Assembly (NCBI GenBank): GCA_964187785.1
Contig: OZ076409.1
Location: forward strand, 29,080,001 to 29,144,000
DNA length: 64,000 nt
Source of the DNA: Amphiscolops sp. MND2022
Taxonomy: Eukaryota
Reading direction: 5' to 3'
Shown here one piece after another: positions 23,445 to 34,845 of the stretch (position 1 is its first letter; every line of letters begins with the position of its first letter). The position numbers were made by a program, and so were the translations under genes. The notes below the pieces were generated by a model that had not been told where the DNA came from, searched no databases, and saw nothing but the letters and a program-made list of their open reading frames with translations.

Positions 23445-26400
23445 ACGGCGGGAACAAAAAACTCGCAGTTAGCAGCGTCCGATTTTGGCGCTCGACCAAG
23501 CCTTGGGTTCTCGGATGGCTAGCCGTAGAGGTTACTTTGGTAACGTGGGCTGCTTTTAGGAATTCGTTGGACACCTCGGCAGTCAAATTAGGGGCATTGT
23601 CAGACTGCATCCTAGTGGGTGTGCCATGACGGGCGAACCACTTTTGTAACAGCAACCGAGAGGTAGTCACAGCGTCGTAGTCATGATGACTACAGGGCAC
23701 TGCTTCCGCGAACTTGGAGAAATGGTCAATTATGACCAAGATGCCAGTGTTATTACTGTCTGAGGGGCAGATCTTCAGATGATCATATTGGACCAATTCG
23801 TTGAAGTATCCGCTTTGGATGTTCTTTAGGTGGAATCGGACGTCACCAGGCTTATCTCGAACTTGTTGACAGGTGAGGCATTGGCCAACGTAACGGCCCA
23901 CGCTGCGCCGAATACCAGGCCATGTGTGACGTTCTTGAATCCTAGCCACCACTTTGGAGATACCTTGATGTCCCATGGCGTCATGCGCGCGGAATAAAAT
24001 CTCATGCTGGTACAGTTGTGGCATGACGATCATGCACGGACGTTCGTGCAGGGGACGTTGGTTGGGAGGGTATTGTACGCAAAGTACACCATTCTTGTTG
24101 ATAAACAGGAGGGTTTTCTTCTGGCGGTAGTAGTTGCGTGCGAATTCACGCACGTTCTCGGGAAACACGTCATGATCGATAGATTCGTTCAGCACCAACT
24201 TTTTGAGTGCTAGCACATGAACATCACGGTTTTGGGCTAGAATCAAATCTTTGATACCATGCACGGTGTGAGCATGTTCGTGAAGTTCAGTGTTGATGTC
24301 TTTAAGAGCCGTGATTGAGTCGCGCACACCCGAGGGAGTACCTTGCAACGCAACAGGATTCGCCCCAGCAATAGTATAGACGGTACGTGAGGGTACATTT
24401 ACGGCATGCGTTGGTAATAGATAATCTTCGCGTGCTTCATCAGTCACATCAATCCAGTCCTCAGGGTAGTCTGGATATGCATCCTCGTGCGGTTGCAGAG
24501 CAAGGGAAGGCGGAGGTGGCAAGGGGGCTGCGAATGCTTTTGCTTGTCTGTCCCTCCTGCTCGCTCGTTTGGTGCGGCGAAGCACGCGTAGCAATTGGTT
24601 GGGAGCCTTAGGCTCCAAGTTCTGCAGGTGCGCAGGTAACTCGGGATGGTTCGGGATGACTCGACCCTGAAGGTCGAACCATGGGGCAACAGGTAGTTTA
24701 TCAAATTCGTCAGCTGAAAGAAAGTTCCAGCGTTCGCCCGCAGCTGGCTGCTGTGCAAGCTGTTTTTCGCGGCATCGGTACTCGTTGGTTCGTTTGCTCA
24801 AGCCATCGGCGTTTCGATGTTGGGTCCTCGGGCGGTGTTCCACGCGAAAGTGATATTTCTCCAGGGTCATAATCCATCGGCCGATTAGCGCTTGATCCGT
24901 GGAGTAGGTTTTCAACCAGGACAAAGCTTGGTTGTCCACCCGCAGGGTGAATTTCCGGGGACATAGATAGCTGTGGTTCTTCACTATGAAATAGTAGGCG
25001 GCGAACATTTCAAGTTTGGGGGCTCCGTATTTGGCTTGTGTGGTGGTGAGCTTCTTGCTACCGTAAACTATCGGTCTCAGGCGTCGTTCACCCGGAGGAC
25101 CTTGCCACTGGTGCAGAATACCCGAAATGGCGACAGCACTAGCGTCAGTGTCCAACACAAACTCTCCTTCGGAATCAGGCTGCGCGAGCGCAGTTGCCTC
25201 GATTAGGGCTTTTTTGATCTCATTGAATGCGGTTTGTTGCTCAGGACCCCAGGCGAAGGTGGCATTTAGTCCAGTGACGGCGTGCAGGGGTGCAACCAGC
25301 TTAGCGTGCCAAGGAATGAATTCGCGATAATAGTTGGCGAATCCAAGGAAACTCTGCATCTCCGTCTTGTTACGGGGAATTTCCCAATCGCGCAACTTGA
25401 CGACGGCTTTTGGGTCGGGCTTCACTCCTTCTGCGGACACCACTCGTCCCAAATACTTGATCTCCGATTTCATGAAATCGCATTTGGCCACGCGCATTTT
25501 GAAGCCGGCTTCACGGAGACATTCAAAGACTTCACGTAGGCGTACCATATGGTCTTCCACAGTCTCCGTGGCAATCACGATATCATCAATGTAGGCCATG
25601 ACCATGCTGCCCTCACGATTGACAATATTCCTTAGCGCACGCGCTATTGACCGCTGAAACGTGGCAGATGCATTGCACATACCAAATGGCATTCGCCGCC
25701 ACTCAAAAAGTCCTAGTTCACAAGCAAAAGCGGTTTTGTGGCGATCCGCTTTTCGCACGGGAATTTGCCAAAAGGCCCAAGCAAGGTCTATGCTGGTATA
25801 GATCTTGGCTTTGCCTAGCCGTGCCAGGCTTTCATCAATGCGGGGCAAGGGATAAGCATCCTTAATGGTTACCTCACTTAACGGGCGGAAGTCGCAGCAA
25901 AAGCGCAACTCCCCGTTTTTCTTTTTCACCATTACAATGCCGCTCGCCCAGGGGGACAGCGAGGGCTGTATCATTCCCAGAGCTAAGAGGTTCCGTACCT
26001 CCTGATTGGCACGTTCGGCCTTCTCAGGGGACATCCGGCGAGCACCTTCGCGATGCGGTACAGCCCCTGGTTCCACCTCCACGGTGTGCTTAGCGATAGT
26101 GCACCGACCGATGTCTGCTTTGTGTTTCATGAACAGCTCATCAAATTCATCGAGGAGGTTACGGAGAGACTCGCAGGCGCTAGCGCCCCACAAATCCTTG
26201 ACCGCCTTGAGCTGAGATTCCGGCCCAGGAATCGGAGCCATTAGCTCTGGGTCCGTTCGTTTGCGAATCTCGCGCTCCGATAGTCCTGCCTCGCTAGGGT
26301 CAGTAGAGGACAAAAACTCAAATTCGGAAGAAGAGGTTAACTCAGAAGCAGTGGATAGATTCACTTCACTATAAATTTTATGAACAAAATTTGCACGACT

Positions 26401-29400
26401 GTCGTCGGCGTCAGTTTTTGTGCGGGTTGTAGTGGGAGAGTCCAAACATTGAGGTACTGCTTGGTATACTACCGTTACGGGTACTACGGTGCCCAGTTGT
26501 ACACCACACCGCATGCGTTGAGGGTTGCTGGTGAGATTTATCAGGCTCACAAAGAGTGTTCCTGTCTCACTGACAGTGGCCACGCTGTCCTCTAAAAAGA
26601 CGACATTGTGCAACGTAGTGTCAGACAAAGAGGCATTGAGCGCTACGCTTTGAAAAATCAGCGGCTCTAGTGTGTTGGTGACGAGCTTGGCTCTAGCCAC
26701 CGCTCGTTCGAAAGGTTGCAGGACCAAGTCACTGTCCAAAACGACTGGAGTAGCTATTGAAGTGTCACCTACCTGTGCGTGAGCATGATGCCACACAGGC
26801 TTCACTGGTGCTCGCACCACAATCTTCATAGATGTTAGATCCACTAACACCTGGTAGGAGCGAAGAAAGTTCCGGCCAAGTAGGAAGTCTTCCACACCCA
26901 TTGCATCATCTACCACCACAAAGTTCGTTTCAAGTTCGTATCCTCCCAGCTGGAAATGGATGTGTTCTGCGAGGCCGTAGGTCTTTATTGTCTTCCCGTT
27001 GGCTGCGTACAGGTCAACTTGGTAGGGTTTAAGTACCGTTCCAGTTCGAGCTGCCACTCTGTTGAAGGCGGAAAACGTCAGTATGGAGACGCCCGAGCCA
27101 GTGTCCACCAGCCCTCGCAGCGGAATAGGTGCTGCATGAGGCACCACGAAAGAGACTACGAGCGACGCACGCTCATCTATACGCGCTTCGCCGGTGGGCT
27201 CCTGGTGATTGATGTTATAGCATTTGAGCTCCTGGGGACCCAGACAAATGCCAGGGGGAAATACATCCACCACCACACAGGCTTCGAATTTCATATCCAC
27301 TCCATCCATTGAAGCGCAGACTGGCACTGGGGAATACGTTGTCAGAGTCGCAGACTCTCCCGGAGCGTACCATTCTTTCGGTCGAGGCAACTCGTTTCGT
27401 TTGTAGAGGATAGACAACTCGACCCATAGCTTCGCCAGAGTTAGCGTCGGCCTACGCGTTTGCTCAGCTGCCAGCAACAGGTGAATTGAAATTAGCGTAC
27501 GTCCTTGCGGATCGAACGTTGTGGGTTCCAAGCAGGTCTGAACTTGCTTAGCACCACAAGTGAATGTCATCGGAGTGTGAAACGCAGGCGGTTCCGCTGG
27601 ATGTAGCATTAACACGCGGTCATCCTCCAAAGGTACGGTGTGCGCGGCGATGCCAGCTGATTCGACCTCAGCCCATCGATTGTAGGCTAACTCTTCATTG
27701 GGTTTTGGCGCATGGGAGTGCTCACCACATTGCACTTCCGCCTGATCGAAAAGGCCACAGCTCGCGCATTGATAGATCCCTGGATGACCTTCAAGGATAC
27801 CATCGATCGTGTCCTCCGTGGTCACCTTCACGCCCTCTGGTTCGGAGGCAGTCATTGGTTTTCGAGCTTGGTCACGATTGGGGCACTCGCGAGCAAAATG
27901 TCCGTTTTGCCCACAGTGAAAACAAGCACCTACTGGCGCTCGGACGGGAGCTGGGACAGCCGGAGCTGGGACATTTTGGGGGGGCGCCGGAGGTGGCAAG
28001 ACGCCCTGCGGCATAACCATCTTGTTCGGCGGCAGTGGTGCGAAAGGATGAGGTCTAGACCTCATGGCTAATCGGGGATCATAGGGTTGTTGAGGTTGGG
28101 TGGGTCTGGGACGATTGCGTTGCAGCTGACGCGTGGTAAATCGCAAGGACTCCACGGTAGGGGGTTCGGTAAGAAAAGTTTCCGAGGCGTATACTATAGC
28201 AAGTTCACGCCTCAACACTGGATCTCGCACACCTTCCATGAAGCGTTGCAAGATTTCATAGCGTTTAGTAGTGATACTTTCTTGCGGGAATCCTTGGCTC
28301 CTGAGACCCTCTAAAGCGTCTAAGTACTGCATCCAGTCTTCTTTTTCTTGTTGGACGCGGCTTTGGAAGGTCTGCCGCACCTGCATGCGATTTCCTCCCG
28401 CGCCAAATCGACTAGATAGCAACTCGAACACCTTCTCGGGGGTGTCACGTTCAGACTCTGCCTTGTTGATGATGTAGTTGCGAGCCTCACCTTCGAGGTG
28501 ACCGACAATGCTCCAGGCCCGATCTTCGGCCGAGATTTTGGTTTGGATTCTCTTTAAGTATCGCTGCATTACTAGGATCCAGCCATCAATAGACCCGTCC
28601 TTAGAGCCTCGATACACGCTGGGTTTGGTTTGAGCCAGGTCACGTCCCGCCAGTAACGGTGCCAGTTCTTTGGACATTGCTTTGGAAATGGCGGCAGTGA
28701 ACCTCAATTGCTCAGGAGAGATGACTTCAGCCTCTCCTTCCTTGGGTGCCACATCATCAGTACCGTCGTCACTGCCATGCGTAGCTCGCACTGAGAGGTT
28801 CGTCACGTCTTCTTTCCTGCGAGTGCTACTCGCGCAAGGAGCGCCCGAGGGCATCCCGTCCTCAGCTGTCCAGTCGGCGGTCAGATACAGGGAGTCCGTT
28901 CCAGAAACCATGGTAGGGGCCGTCGCATACGCAGCTCCATCAGTCTGGGACCCTAGTGTGGCCTTAGTACAGGATAAATCAACTTCAGTAGAAGTATCTA
29001 GATAGATAGGTGACATCGGGTCCACACCTTGGTCTCGGGTGGCACTTCGAACTATGGAGGATGTCATTTGGCTCATCGACGAGGAGTCGTGGGGCCCTCT
29101 TACCTGCACCCGTGCAGGTTTACGCTCCACAGCAGCCATGATGGGCACAGGATCCTTGGTTCGGGTTTCAGGCGTTGTCGACTTGGAGGTGCTGGGCTTC
29201 AATACGCTCGCCAACTCGGGTTTTGTTGCCTGACCCTGGTGCGATGATTCCGTGGCCTTAATTGAATCCGCGATCGGCACACCTTCAGTGGCACCAGCTT
29301 GTCGTGGGAGGGACCTTTCGCGCCTCATGATGTTGATAGCATTGAGTACAGTGTGCATTTGGTTACTCAAATCATTGATCTGGGTTTCCACACGAAGTTC

Positions 29401-30231
29401 ACGGGCCATCAAAAGGTCATTCATCTCACCCATTCTGTAGCCTAGTGCATCTACGCGAGCGCTCTGCGTGTTCTGCGCGGTTCGCAGCTGATCACTGACC
29501 TGCAAACCTTCTCGCATCGTTGTCTGCAATGTTCTCATATTTTCTGCGATGGCACGGTGTTGGTCATTGCATCCAGCACGAGTGCTAGCCAGTTCAGCTA
29601 AGGCACGTTGGGTCTCGGCTTGGGCTTCCAATATTGCTGCTTTGTACACCGAAGATCGTTGGGACGATGCCACTGAACCTGCCACGCTCCTCTTACGAGG
29701 CACCTCAACTTGACGTTCACCTACATTTATCATGGGTGGTCGCACTTTCTTGTGTTTGCCATAAGCACAAACTCTAGTGTTACTTCGAGTGACTCCAGAC
29801 CCTTGCGGCCTCGCACCACTCGTGTTCTCCGAGTAGGTAAGATCCTCATCCACCGTGATCTGTAGGCGAGAGCTCATTTTTTCCCCTAGGGGTGCGCGAG
29901 AGCACCCTTCCTCAGCTGCAAGTTCGTTGGTCACGTTTGAGTTGGGCCACTCTTCTTCTGCTTCATTGGCTCTTTCACGACAGGTTTCTTCGACCCATTG
30001 TTCGGTTCGACGAGAGCTTCCAGATGTAACGGAACCCTCAGAGGGAGGGACCATGGCGGCCAGTTCCTCCTTTCGTTGTTGCTCGATAGTGACTTCGTCA
30101 GACATTTCGTCTGAAAAACGCGAACCGTCCATTGTGGATCCTATGGTCACCCATGACTGCGAACTCATGTCAAGCTTTTCCAGGCCTGGTAGGACCATTA
30201 CACACGATGCCAATGGCAGAGCAGGTGTCAA
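23419..30231 (-). CDS. gag-pol: Gag-Pol polyprotein of B (single frame)
   Basis: Coiled-coil N-terminus, capsid-like region, CFHCGQNGHFAREC knuckle, LVDTGSG, YIDD, DTDAS, HHCC, DDE. The true ATG is probably near 30170-30200. Confidence 0.97.
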   Translation of the reverse strand: MTPALPLASCVMVLPGLEKLDMSSQSWVTIGSTMDGSRFSDEMSDEVTIEQQRKEELAAMVPPSEGSVTSGSSRRTEQWVEETCRERANEAEEEWPNSNVTNELAAEEGCSRAPLGEKMSSRLQITVDEDLTYSENTSGARPQGSGVTRSNTRVCAYGKHKKVRPPMINVGERQVEVPRKRSVAGSVASSQRSSVYKAAILEAQAETQRALAELASTRAGCNDQHRAIAENMRTLQTTMREGLQVSDQLRTAQNTQSARVDALGYRMGEMNDLLMARELRVETQINDLSNQMHTVLNAINIMRRERSLPRQAGATEGVPIADSIKATESSHQGQATKPELASVLKPSTSKSTTPETRTKDPVPIMAAVERKPARVQVRGPHDSSSMSQMTSSIVRSATRDQGVDPMSPIYLDTSTEVDLSCTKATLGSQTDGAAYATAPTMVSGTDSLYLTADWTAEDGMPSGAPCASSTRRKEDVTNLSVRATHGSDDGTDDVAPKEGEAEVISPEQLRFTAAISKAMSKELAPLLAGRDLAQTKPSVYRGSKDGSIDGWILVMQRYLKRIQTKISAEDRAWSIVGHLEGEARNYIINKAESERDTPEKVFELLSSRFGAGGNRMQVRQTFQSRVQQEKEDWMQYLDALEGLRSQGFPQESITTKRYEILQRFMEGVRDPVLRRELAIVYASETFLTEPPTVESLRFTTRQLQRNRPRPTQPQQPYDPRLAMRSRPHPFAPLPPNKMVMPQGVLPPPAPPQNVPAPAVPAPVRAPVGACFHCGQNGHFARECPNRDQARKPMTASEPEGVKVTTEDTIDGILEGHPGIYQCASCGLFDQAEVQCGEHSHAPKPNEELAYNRWAEVESAGIAAHTVPLEDDRVLMLHPAEPPAFHTPMTFTCGAKQVQTCLEPTTFDPQGRTLISIHLLLAAEQTRRPTLTLAKLWVELSILYKRNELPRPKEWYAPGESATLTTYSPVPVCASMDGVDMKFEACVVVDVFPPGICLGPQELKCYNINHQEPTGEARIDERASLVVSFVVPHAAPIPLRGLVDTGSGVSILTFSAFNRVAARTGTVLKPYQVDLYAANGKTIKTYGLAEHIHFQLGGYELETNFVVVDDAMGVEDFLLGRNFLRSYQVLVDLTSMKIVVRAPVKPVWHHAHAQVGDTSIATPVVLDSDLVLQPFERAVARAKLVTNTLEPLIFQSVALNASLSDTTLHNVVFLEDSVATVSETGTLFVSLINLTSNPQRMRCGVQLGTVVPVTVVYQAVPQCLDSPTTTRTKTDADDSRANFVHKIYSEVNLSTASELTSSSEFEFLSSTDPSEAGLSEREIRKRTDPELMAPIPGPESQLKAVKDLWGASACESLRNLLDEFDELFMKHKADIGRCTIAKHTVEVEPGAVPHREGARRMSPEKAERANQEVRNLLALGMIQPSLSPWASGIVMVKKKNGELRFCCDFRPLSEVTIKDAYPLPRIDESLARLGKAKIYTSIDLAWAFWQIPVRKADRHKTAFACELGLFEWRRMPFGMCNASATFQRSIARALRNIVNREGSMVMAYIDDIVIATETVEDHMVRLREVFECLREAGFKMRVAKCDFMKSEIKYLGRVVSAEGVKPDPKAVVKLRDWEIPRNKTEMQSFLGFANYYREFIPWHAKLVAPLHAVTGLNATFAWGPEQQTAFNEIKKALIEATALAQPDSEGEFVLDTDASAVAISGILHQWQGPPGERRLRPIVYGSKKLTTTQAKYGAPKLEMFAAYYFIVKNHSYLCPRKFTLRVDNQALSWLKTYSTDQALIGRWIMTLEKYHFRVEHRPRTQHRNADGLSKRTNEYRCREKQLAQQPAAGERWNFLSADEFDKLPVAPWFDLQGRVIPNHPELPAHLQNLEPKAPNQLLRVLRRTKRASRRDRQAKAFAAPLPPPPSLALQPHEDAYPDYPEDWIDVTDEAREDYLLPTHAVNVPSRTVYTIAGANPVALQGTPSGVRDSITALKDINTELHEHAHTVHGIKDLILAQNRDVHVLALKKLVLNESIDHDVFPENVREFARNYYRQKKTLLFINKNGVLCVQYPPNQRPLHERPCMIVMPQLYQHEILFRAHDAMGHQGISKVVARIQERHTWPGIRRSVGRYVGQCLTCQQVRDKPGDVRFHLKNIQSGYFNELVQYDHLKICPSDSNNTGILVIIDHFSKFAEAVPCSHHDYDAVTTSRLLLQKWFARHGTPTRMQSDNAPNLTAEVSNEFLKAAHVTKVTSTASHPRTQGLVERQNRTLLTASFLFPPYARLGPMS

Positions 30232-32873
30232 CGATTCGGACGTAACCTTTAAAGAAGCCTCGAAGAACGCGGGATTTGTCGAGTCGCTGTTAGCTCTAGG
30301 CTCGTCTCGGTGTGGACTTAAGAAATTTGACTGTTTCGCAACGTCCCAAATTTCTCGAAATACGTTTTAAGGCTCGTAGGCTGTTCAAATTTGCACAGCG
30401 CTTTTCCACAAGCACACTGGGCCAGAAAATCAACCTGGTTCAGGGCAAAACGTCTCCGGTCACTCACAGGAAGAATTTCAAAGATTTTTTGGATTTTCCA
30501 AAATTTGCACTACAACACTCAAGAGGCTCGTGTGTGCGCTGGAGGCGCTGTATCAAGCCCAAAATTGACCAGCAGATCTTAGGTACGTGTAGGTTTACGA
30601 AAATAAACACAGAATTGAGCTGCACCCCTTCTACGCAGTTTCACCTAGGTACAGACGAGCGGTACCACTATGTACCGGGATACACTGTTTTTCACGTCTT
30701 TTTCAAGATTGCGGTTTACTGAAAAAAAGCTAGCAAGCTCAAATTCTCTGCAACGACGTAGGAACTAGCACAGGTTACGATGGTGGGCTGCAATATAGAC
30801 CCACCCGTCGGCTAAGGTACCCGGGTTACTTGGAAAAATTAAGAAAAAACTGCCTTTTTGCACACCTTTTTGGGCGCCGCGTTTTTCCTATTTTCTCGAC
30901 AAGTATCGCACAGATCGGCACCAAACTTGATAGTTTATGCCAGTGGGCACCTACAATGCCACTGATATGGTCGAATTGAAGCGCAAGCGCTTATTTGAAG
31001 TTCCGACCCACTATGTACGTTGTACACGAAAAAACACTGTTTTTGACGACTTTTTTCACAAATTGACCAAGAGGATCACCTCAGAAAGTGATACGGCGGG
31101 CAAAATGGGACCAACGTGTCGCCCCACTATCCGTAGCACTGGGATAAACCCTCAATTGGTTGTGCCCGTTGGATATAAGGCACTGACAGTCCTGCAGTTT
31201 TGGATTTTTTCGGCTTTTTCAGCTTCTCTGGAGTCAAAACGTCAGAGAGCTTTTCTCGACTTTGGGGAACGATACGCCCACCAAAATTTCGGCACTAACG
31301 TTACTTTTTGTGGTGGTTACGAAAATGCAACCACTTTTTGGCTAGGGTTCAGGAATCGATGACCCGACCCTAGCTCAGAGACAGTCCGGTTTTGTGGAAA
31401 ATTGATCAAATCCAGTGCGTTTTTCCACTTTTCTCAGCACTGAATGGGAGTTTTTGCACGCGGTTTTCACCACAATGCGTTATTTTTTTTATAAAAACAG
31501 AAAATGAGAGCGCGGAAGCTCCTAGCTAACAAAAAGACAGAGTGCCCAGGGGGTTTTAATTGTGCGCTGGGACACTCCTGAAACTAACCAAAATTATAGG
31601 TTTTTCAACTTTTCTCAACATTGAAAAGGAATTTCTGCACGCGGTTTTCACCACAATGCGCTATTTTTATTGCTAGAACGGAAAATAAGAGCGTTCAAAC
31701 TCGCTCTGGTCCACTAAGCTTCACACTTAAGACTTTCAGACAATGCACTTTCTATGCTTAAAAACACCTAAAATTACCGGTTTTTTGCACCGTGTCAGCC
31801 CCAGGCTGCCTGAATCCGCTGTAAAAGTTACAGTTAGTGTCCTGTGGGTTTACTACGCTTGACAAAACACCGTACACTGCTTTTTCGTACTTCTACACCA
31901 GTGTACGCCTGTGTTTCTGGGTGCCATTTTGGTCAAAATTCCACTTTTTTGCAATTTTCTGGTGCTAGATCGGCACTTTTATCACAACCAAAGGCAAAAT
32001 TACGGCCTTCTGTGCCTCGTGCTCGCTTTCTCGAGCCTTGCAGCTGCTTTTTACAACACTTTTCACGAAGTTTTCCTGGCTCCGCTGAGCACAAGTGCTC
32101 AAAACCACGAAAAACACGAAAAAAAACGCAAAATCAGGGTTTTTTCACGCAAGTGCTATCTTTTTTACAGAAAAGCACTTCGTAGGGTGTCGTTACATCT
32201 ACAATAAAACATTACTGACCTGCACCAACGATTCCCCGTCGAAAAAGGTGCATTTTCAAAAATTTCACCGACCATGAGCCATTTGAGCGACGCGTCCGGT
32301 CACAGGGGGTGCACCTTCACCACGCTTTTTCTCCACATCCAGACCAGATAGAGACACGCGGTTTGGACCATTGGCATCGTCTGCAATTGCACTTGCTGTC
32401 CACCAAAAACCATACCTCTAGGACGTCTCCACGAGAAATGGGAGTAGGAAGTAGGCAACACACAATTTGACTTCCCCTTCGCCTCGCTGGTTCATGGTCA
32501 GCCATCCACCAGTCACCCTCTTGCATGGCATAAAATGGCTGAAAATAGCTTGCAAAACCTGTTAAACACCCGTAGCCACGTGCTACGGTCTTCAGCACCT
32601 GCAAAAAGATACCCGCTGATGGGCACACAACACATCACACAAAAATATCGATTTCCTTCCAAAACACCTAAAAATACCATTTTCGCACCTGAAAACGTGA
32701 TTTTTTCGGGTTTTCTCTGGTTCAACGCCTCTCCCAGTTCCAGTAGAATGTCACACGACTAAAAAAGGGCAAAACTCTGCTTCTCTCTCCTTCTTCAGAG
32801 TCAAAACGGGCTTGGCGCTGATTACCAGGGGGCCAGAGCTTTTAAAAACCGCTAGGGAAAGCTTCCCAAGACG

Positions 32874-32891
32874 ATCCCTCTGTGGTCGCCA
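32874..32891 (-). promoter_or_regulatory. Primer binding site of B, tRNA-Arg-like
   Basis: TGGCGACCACAGAGGGAT, complementary to a tRNA 3' end ...ATCCCTCTGTGGTCG-CCA like metazoan tRNA-Arg(TCG); identical 18-mer in D. Confidence 0.8.
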
Positions 32892-32906
32892 AAAAATGAG
32901 GTTCTA

Positions 32907-33620
32907 TGTAACGATAAGCGCTGGCGCTTGAACCGCAACGTAGAATGGAGGAACTAGAACAGCGAATGTAATCCGGGACTTAGATCTCCGCGGCCCTAGC
33001 TCATTTTCCCTCCGAAGGAGCCAGTCCCAAGGTGGGGGAACCGTCTTGTTGGAAACTCTCTGGCCTGGTCCTAGTCTGTAACTGCTAAAAGTAACGGGCA
33101 TCTTGCACGTCTCAAGACCACTGCTCAATTAGCCTTTAAAAAGGGGGCTGAAAACAGGAGGATGTTGAGCCATAGTATTGGAGAATCTGATAAAATCGAC
33201 ATCAAAAAGGGGTAACCATAGATGTAAATGGGCAGCTCTCGAGCATATCAATCTACTACAACAAGAAAAGCACAATAAGCATAACAATATCAGAAGTTTG
33301 AGTTATTTAGCAGGAGCGAATTGACCATGGCTTCCCAGCGCTAGCGCTCGTCACCGCACAGGACGCCGCAGGATCTTCAGGCGAGCATCTGGAACACCGG
33401 TTTCTGTTACCTATGTAGTGCAAACGCCAAAGATGGGCACATCACCGTGTTCTAGGGACTGTTTTCTACGTCTTCTCTTTTCGTCGTCTCTCGCGGGGGC
33501 GATTTCTGATTTCTGATCTGCTTTTTTGACAGGTCTTTCGTCTGGAGCATGTTTGAGTGCCACGTCAGACTTGAACGAATTTTTGCTTCGAAAATTTTGA
33601 CATGGGCAGTTGCCGTTACA
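32907..33620 (-). repeat. 5' LTR of B (714 bp)
   Basis: Direct repeat of 14753-15466. Confidence 0.97.
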
Positions 33621-34326
33621 AACCATTGAGGCACGATCGTACTAAGATCTTGCCTATTTAGCTTAATTTAGATCAATACGTTGAAAGTAACAAAATAGTT
33701 CAACAAATTATTTGTAAAAATGATTTCCTGTCCGAGACGACAAACCCACACGTTGAAGCAATAACGCTTTGAAAATTTTTTAATGTCTCCAAAGGGTCGA
33801 CCCCTTCAATGTTTTTGACATTCCGCAACAAATTGGATTTCCAAAAAGCCCAAAGGGCCCCCTTTTACAATTTTCGGCATTGTGAGATTTTTCAGAAAGA
33901 TTGTTTTTTGTCCTAAAATTCGGTTTTCTCTGTGGCCCAACACTATAACCGAATGTTGTTTTTTTTGTTCAAAGAACGGCGTTTACTCTGTGCAACTTTT
34001 TTCTAATTATTTTTATTGAAGCCCCCTTCGATTTCTACTAGAAACGAAATGTTTTGCAACCATAGAAGACTCCTTAGGTTTTTCGGCACTATGCCACTTA
34101 GCGGAGACCTTGATCAAAAAATTTTCAAACAATTTTGAACTAATCTTTCCTCGATTTTTTGAGAGGTTTTCGGTAGAGCAAAATCTGTTTTGTTGTCTCC
34201 AGTTGAGGAAAAAGTGGTTTTCGAGTCTTATATGTATCCCTTTTGGGACTGTAAAATTGACAAAATGTTAACAATAGTGTCCTTTTGCATACTAAAAAAA
34301 CTTTACTTCTTTGAACATTGAGCGGG

Positions 34327-34355
34327 GCGCCGACTTGGGCCGTTCCCGGCTTGTT
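34327..34355 (-). repeat. Terminus of a dispersed non-autonomous repeat (Helentron/DINE-1-like end)
   Basis: AACAAGCCGGGAACGGCCCAAGTCGGCGC, 25/29 identical to 52273-52301. Confidence 0.45.
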
Positions 34356-34793
34356 AGTTACTTATTTAATTTTTGAATAATCAATTTGTTACCCGAAGTT
34401 ATAAAAGACGCGATTGCAAAAACAACAGGCGCCTGGAGAAATTTAGTTGATTGCAAAAATAATGTATCACAATCGTCACGCTTATCTGCAAAGGAAATCT
34501 TAGAAACTATGCATTTTGTAGCAACATCCGCAAAACGAATCGTAGTATGAAGTCCGTGTTGGACACGATCTAGCTACAATCTTACTACGATTCACGTGGT
34601 AGGTCTGTGAGGGTCAACAATGGTATATGCCACTTTTTCCATCACATGTAAAACGTACGTCTAAGAGATATCTACAACAAGGCACTAACATTTCATCAAA
34701 AAACATCATTTTGGGTCTTTTATGTAAAAACACCAATTGAAAAATATCATTTTCTACAACACCTGATTTTTGCAATGTGAAGCTTGCGATTGA

Positions 34794-34845
34794 AACAAAT
34801 CTTTTGTTTACATAAAGTATACTTTATGTAAACAAAAGATTTGTT
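34794..34845. repeat. 52-bp perfect palindrome without spacer
   Basis: AACAAATCTTTTGTTTACATAAAGTA followed by its exact reverse complement. Confidence 0.95.

Larger units (their letters stand above)
14753..33620 (-). mobile_element. Full-length giant Ty3/Gypsy LTR retrotransposon B (18,868 bp)
   Basis: Two 714-bp LTRs, PBS, ~2.7-kb leader, gag-pol, third ORF, PPT. Confidence 0.97.

Noticed and set aside
32189..32202. GTCGTTACATCTAC matching the A tandem-LTR junction
   Set aside because: Isolated 14-mer with no extended similarity; likely chance
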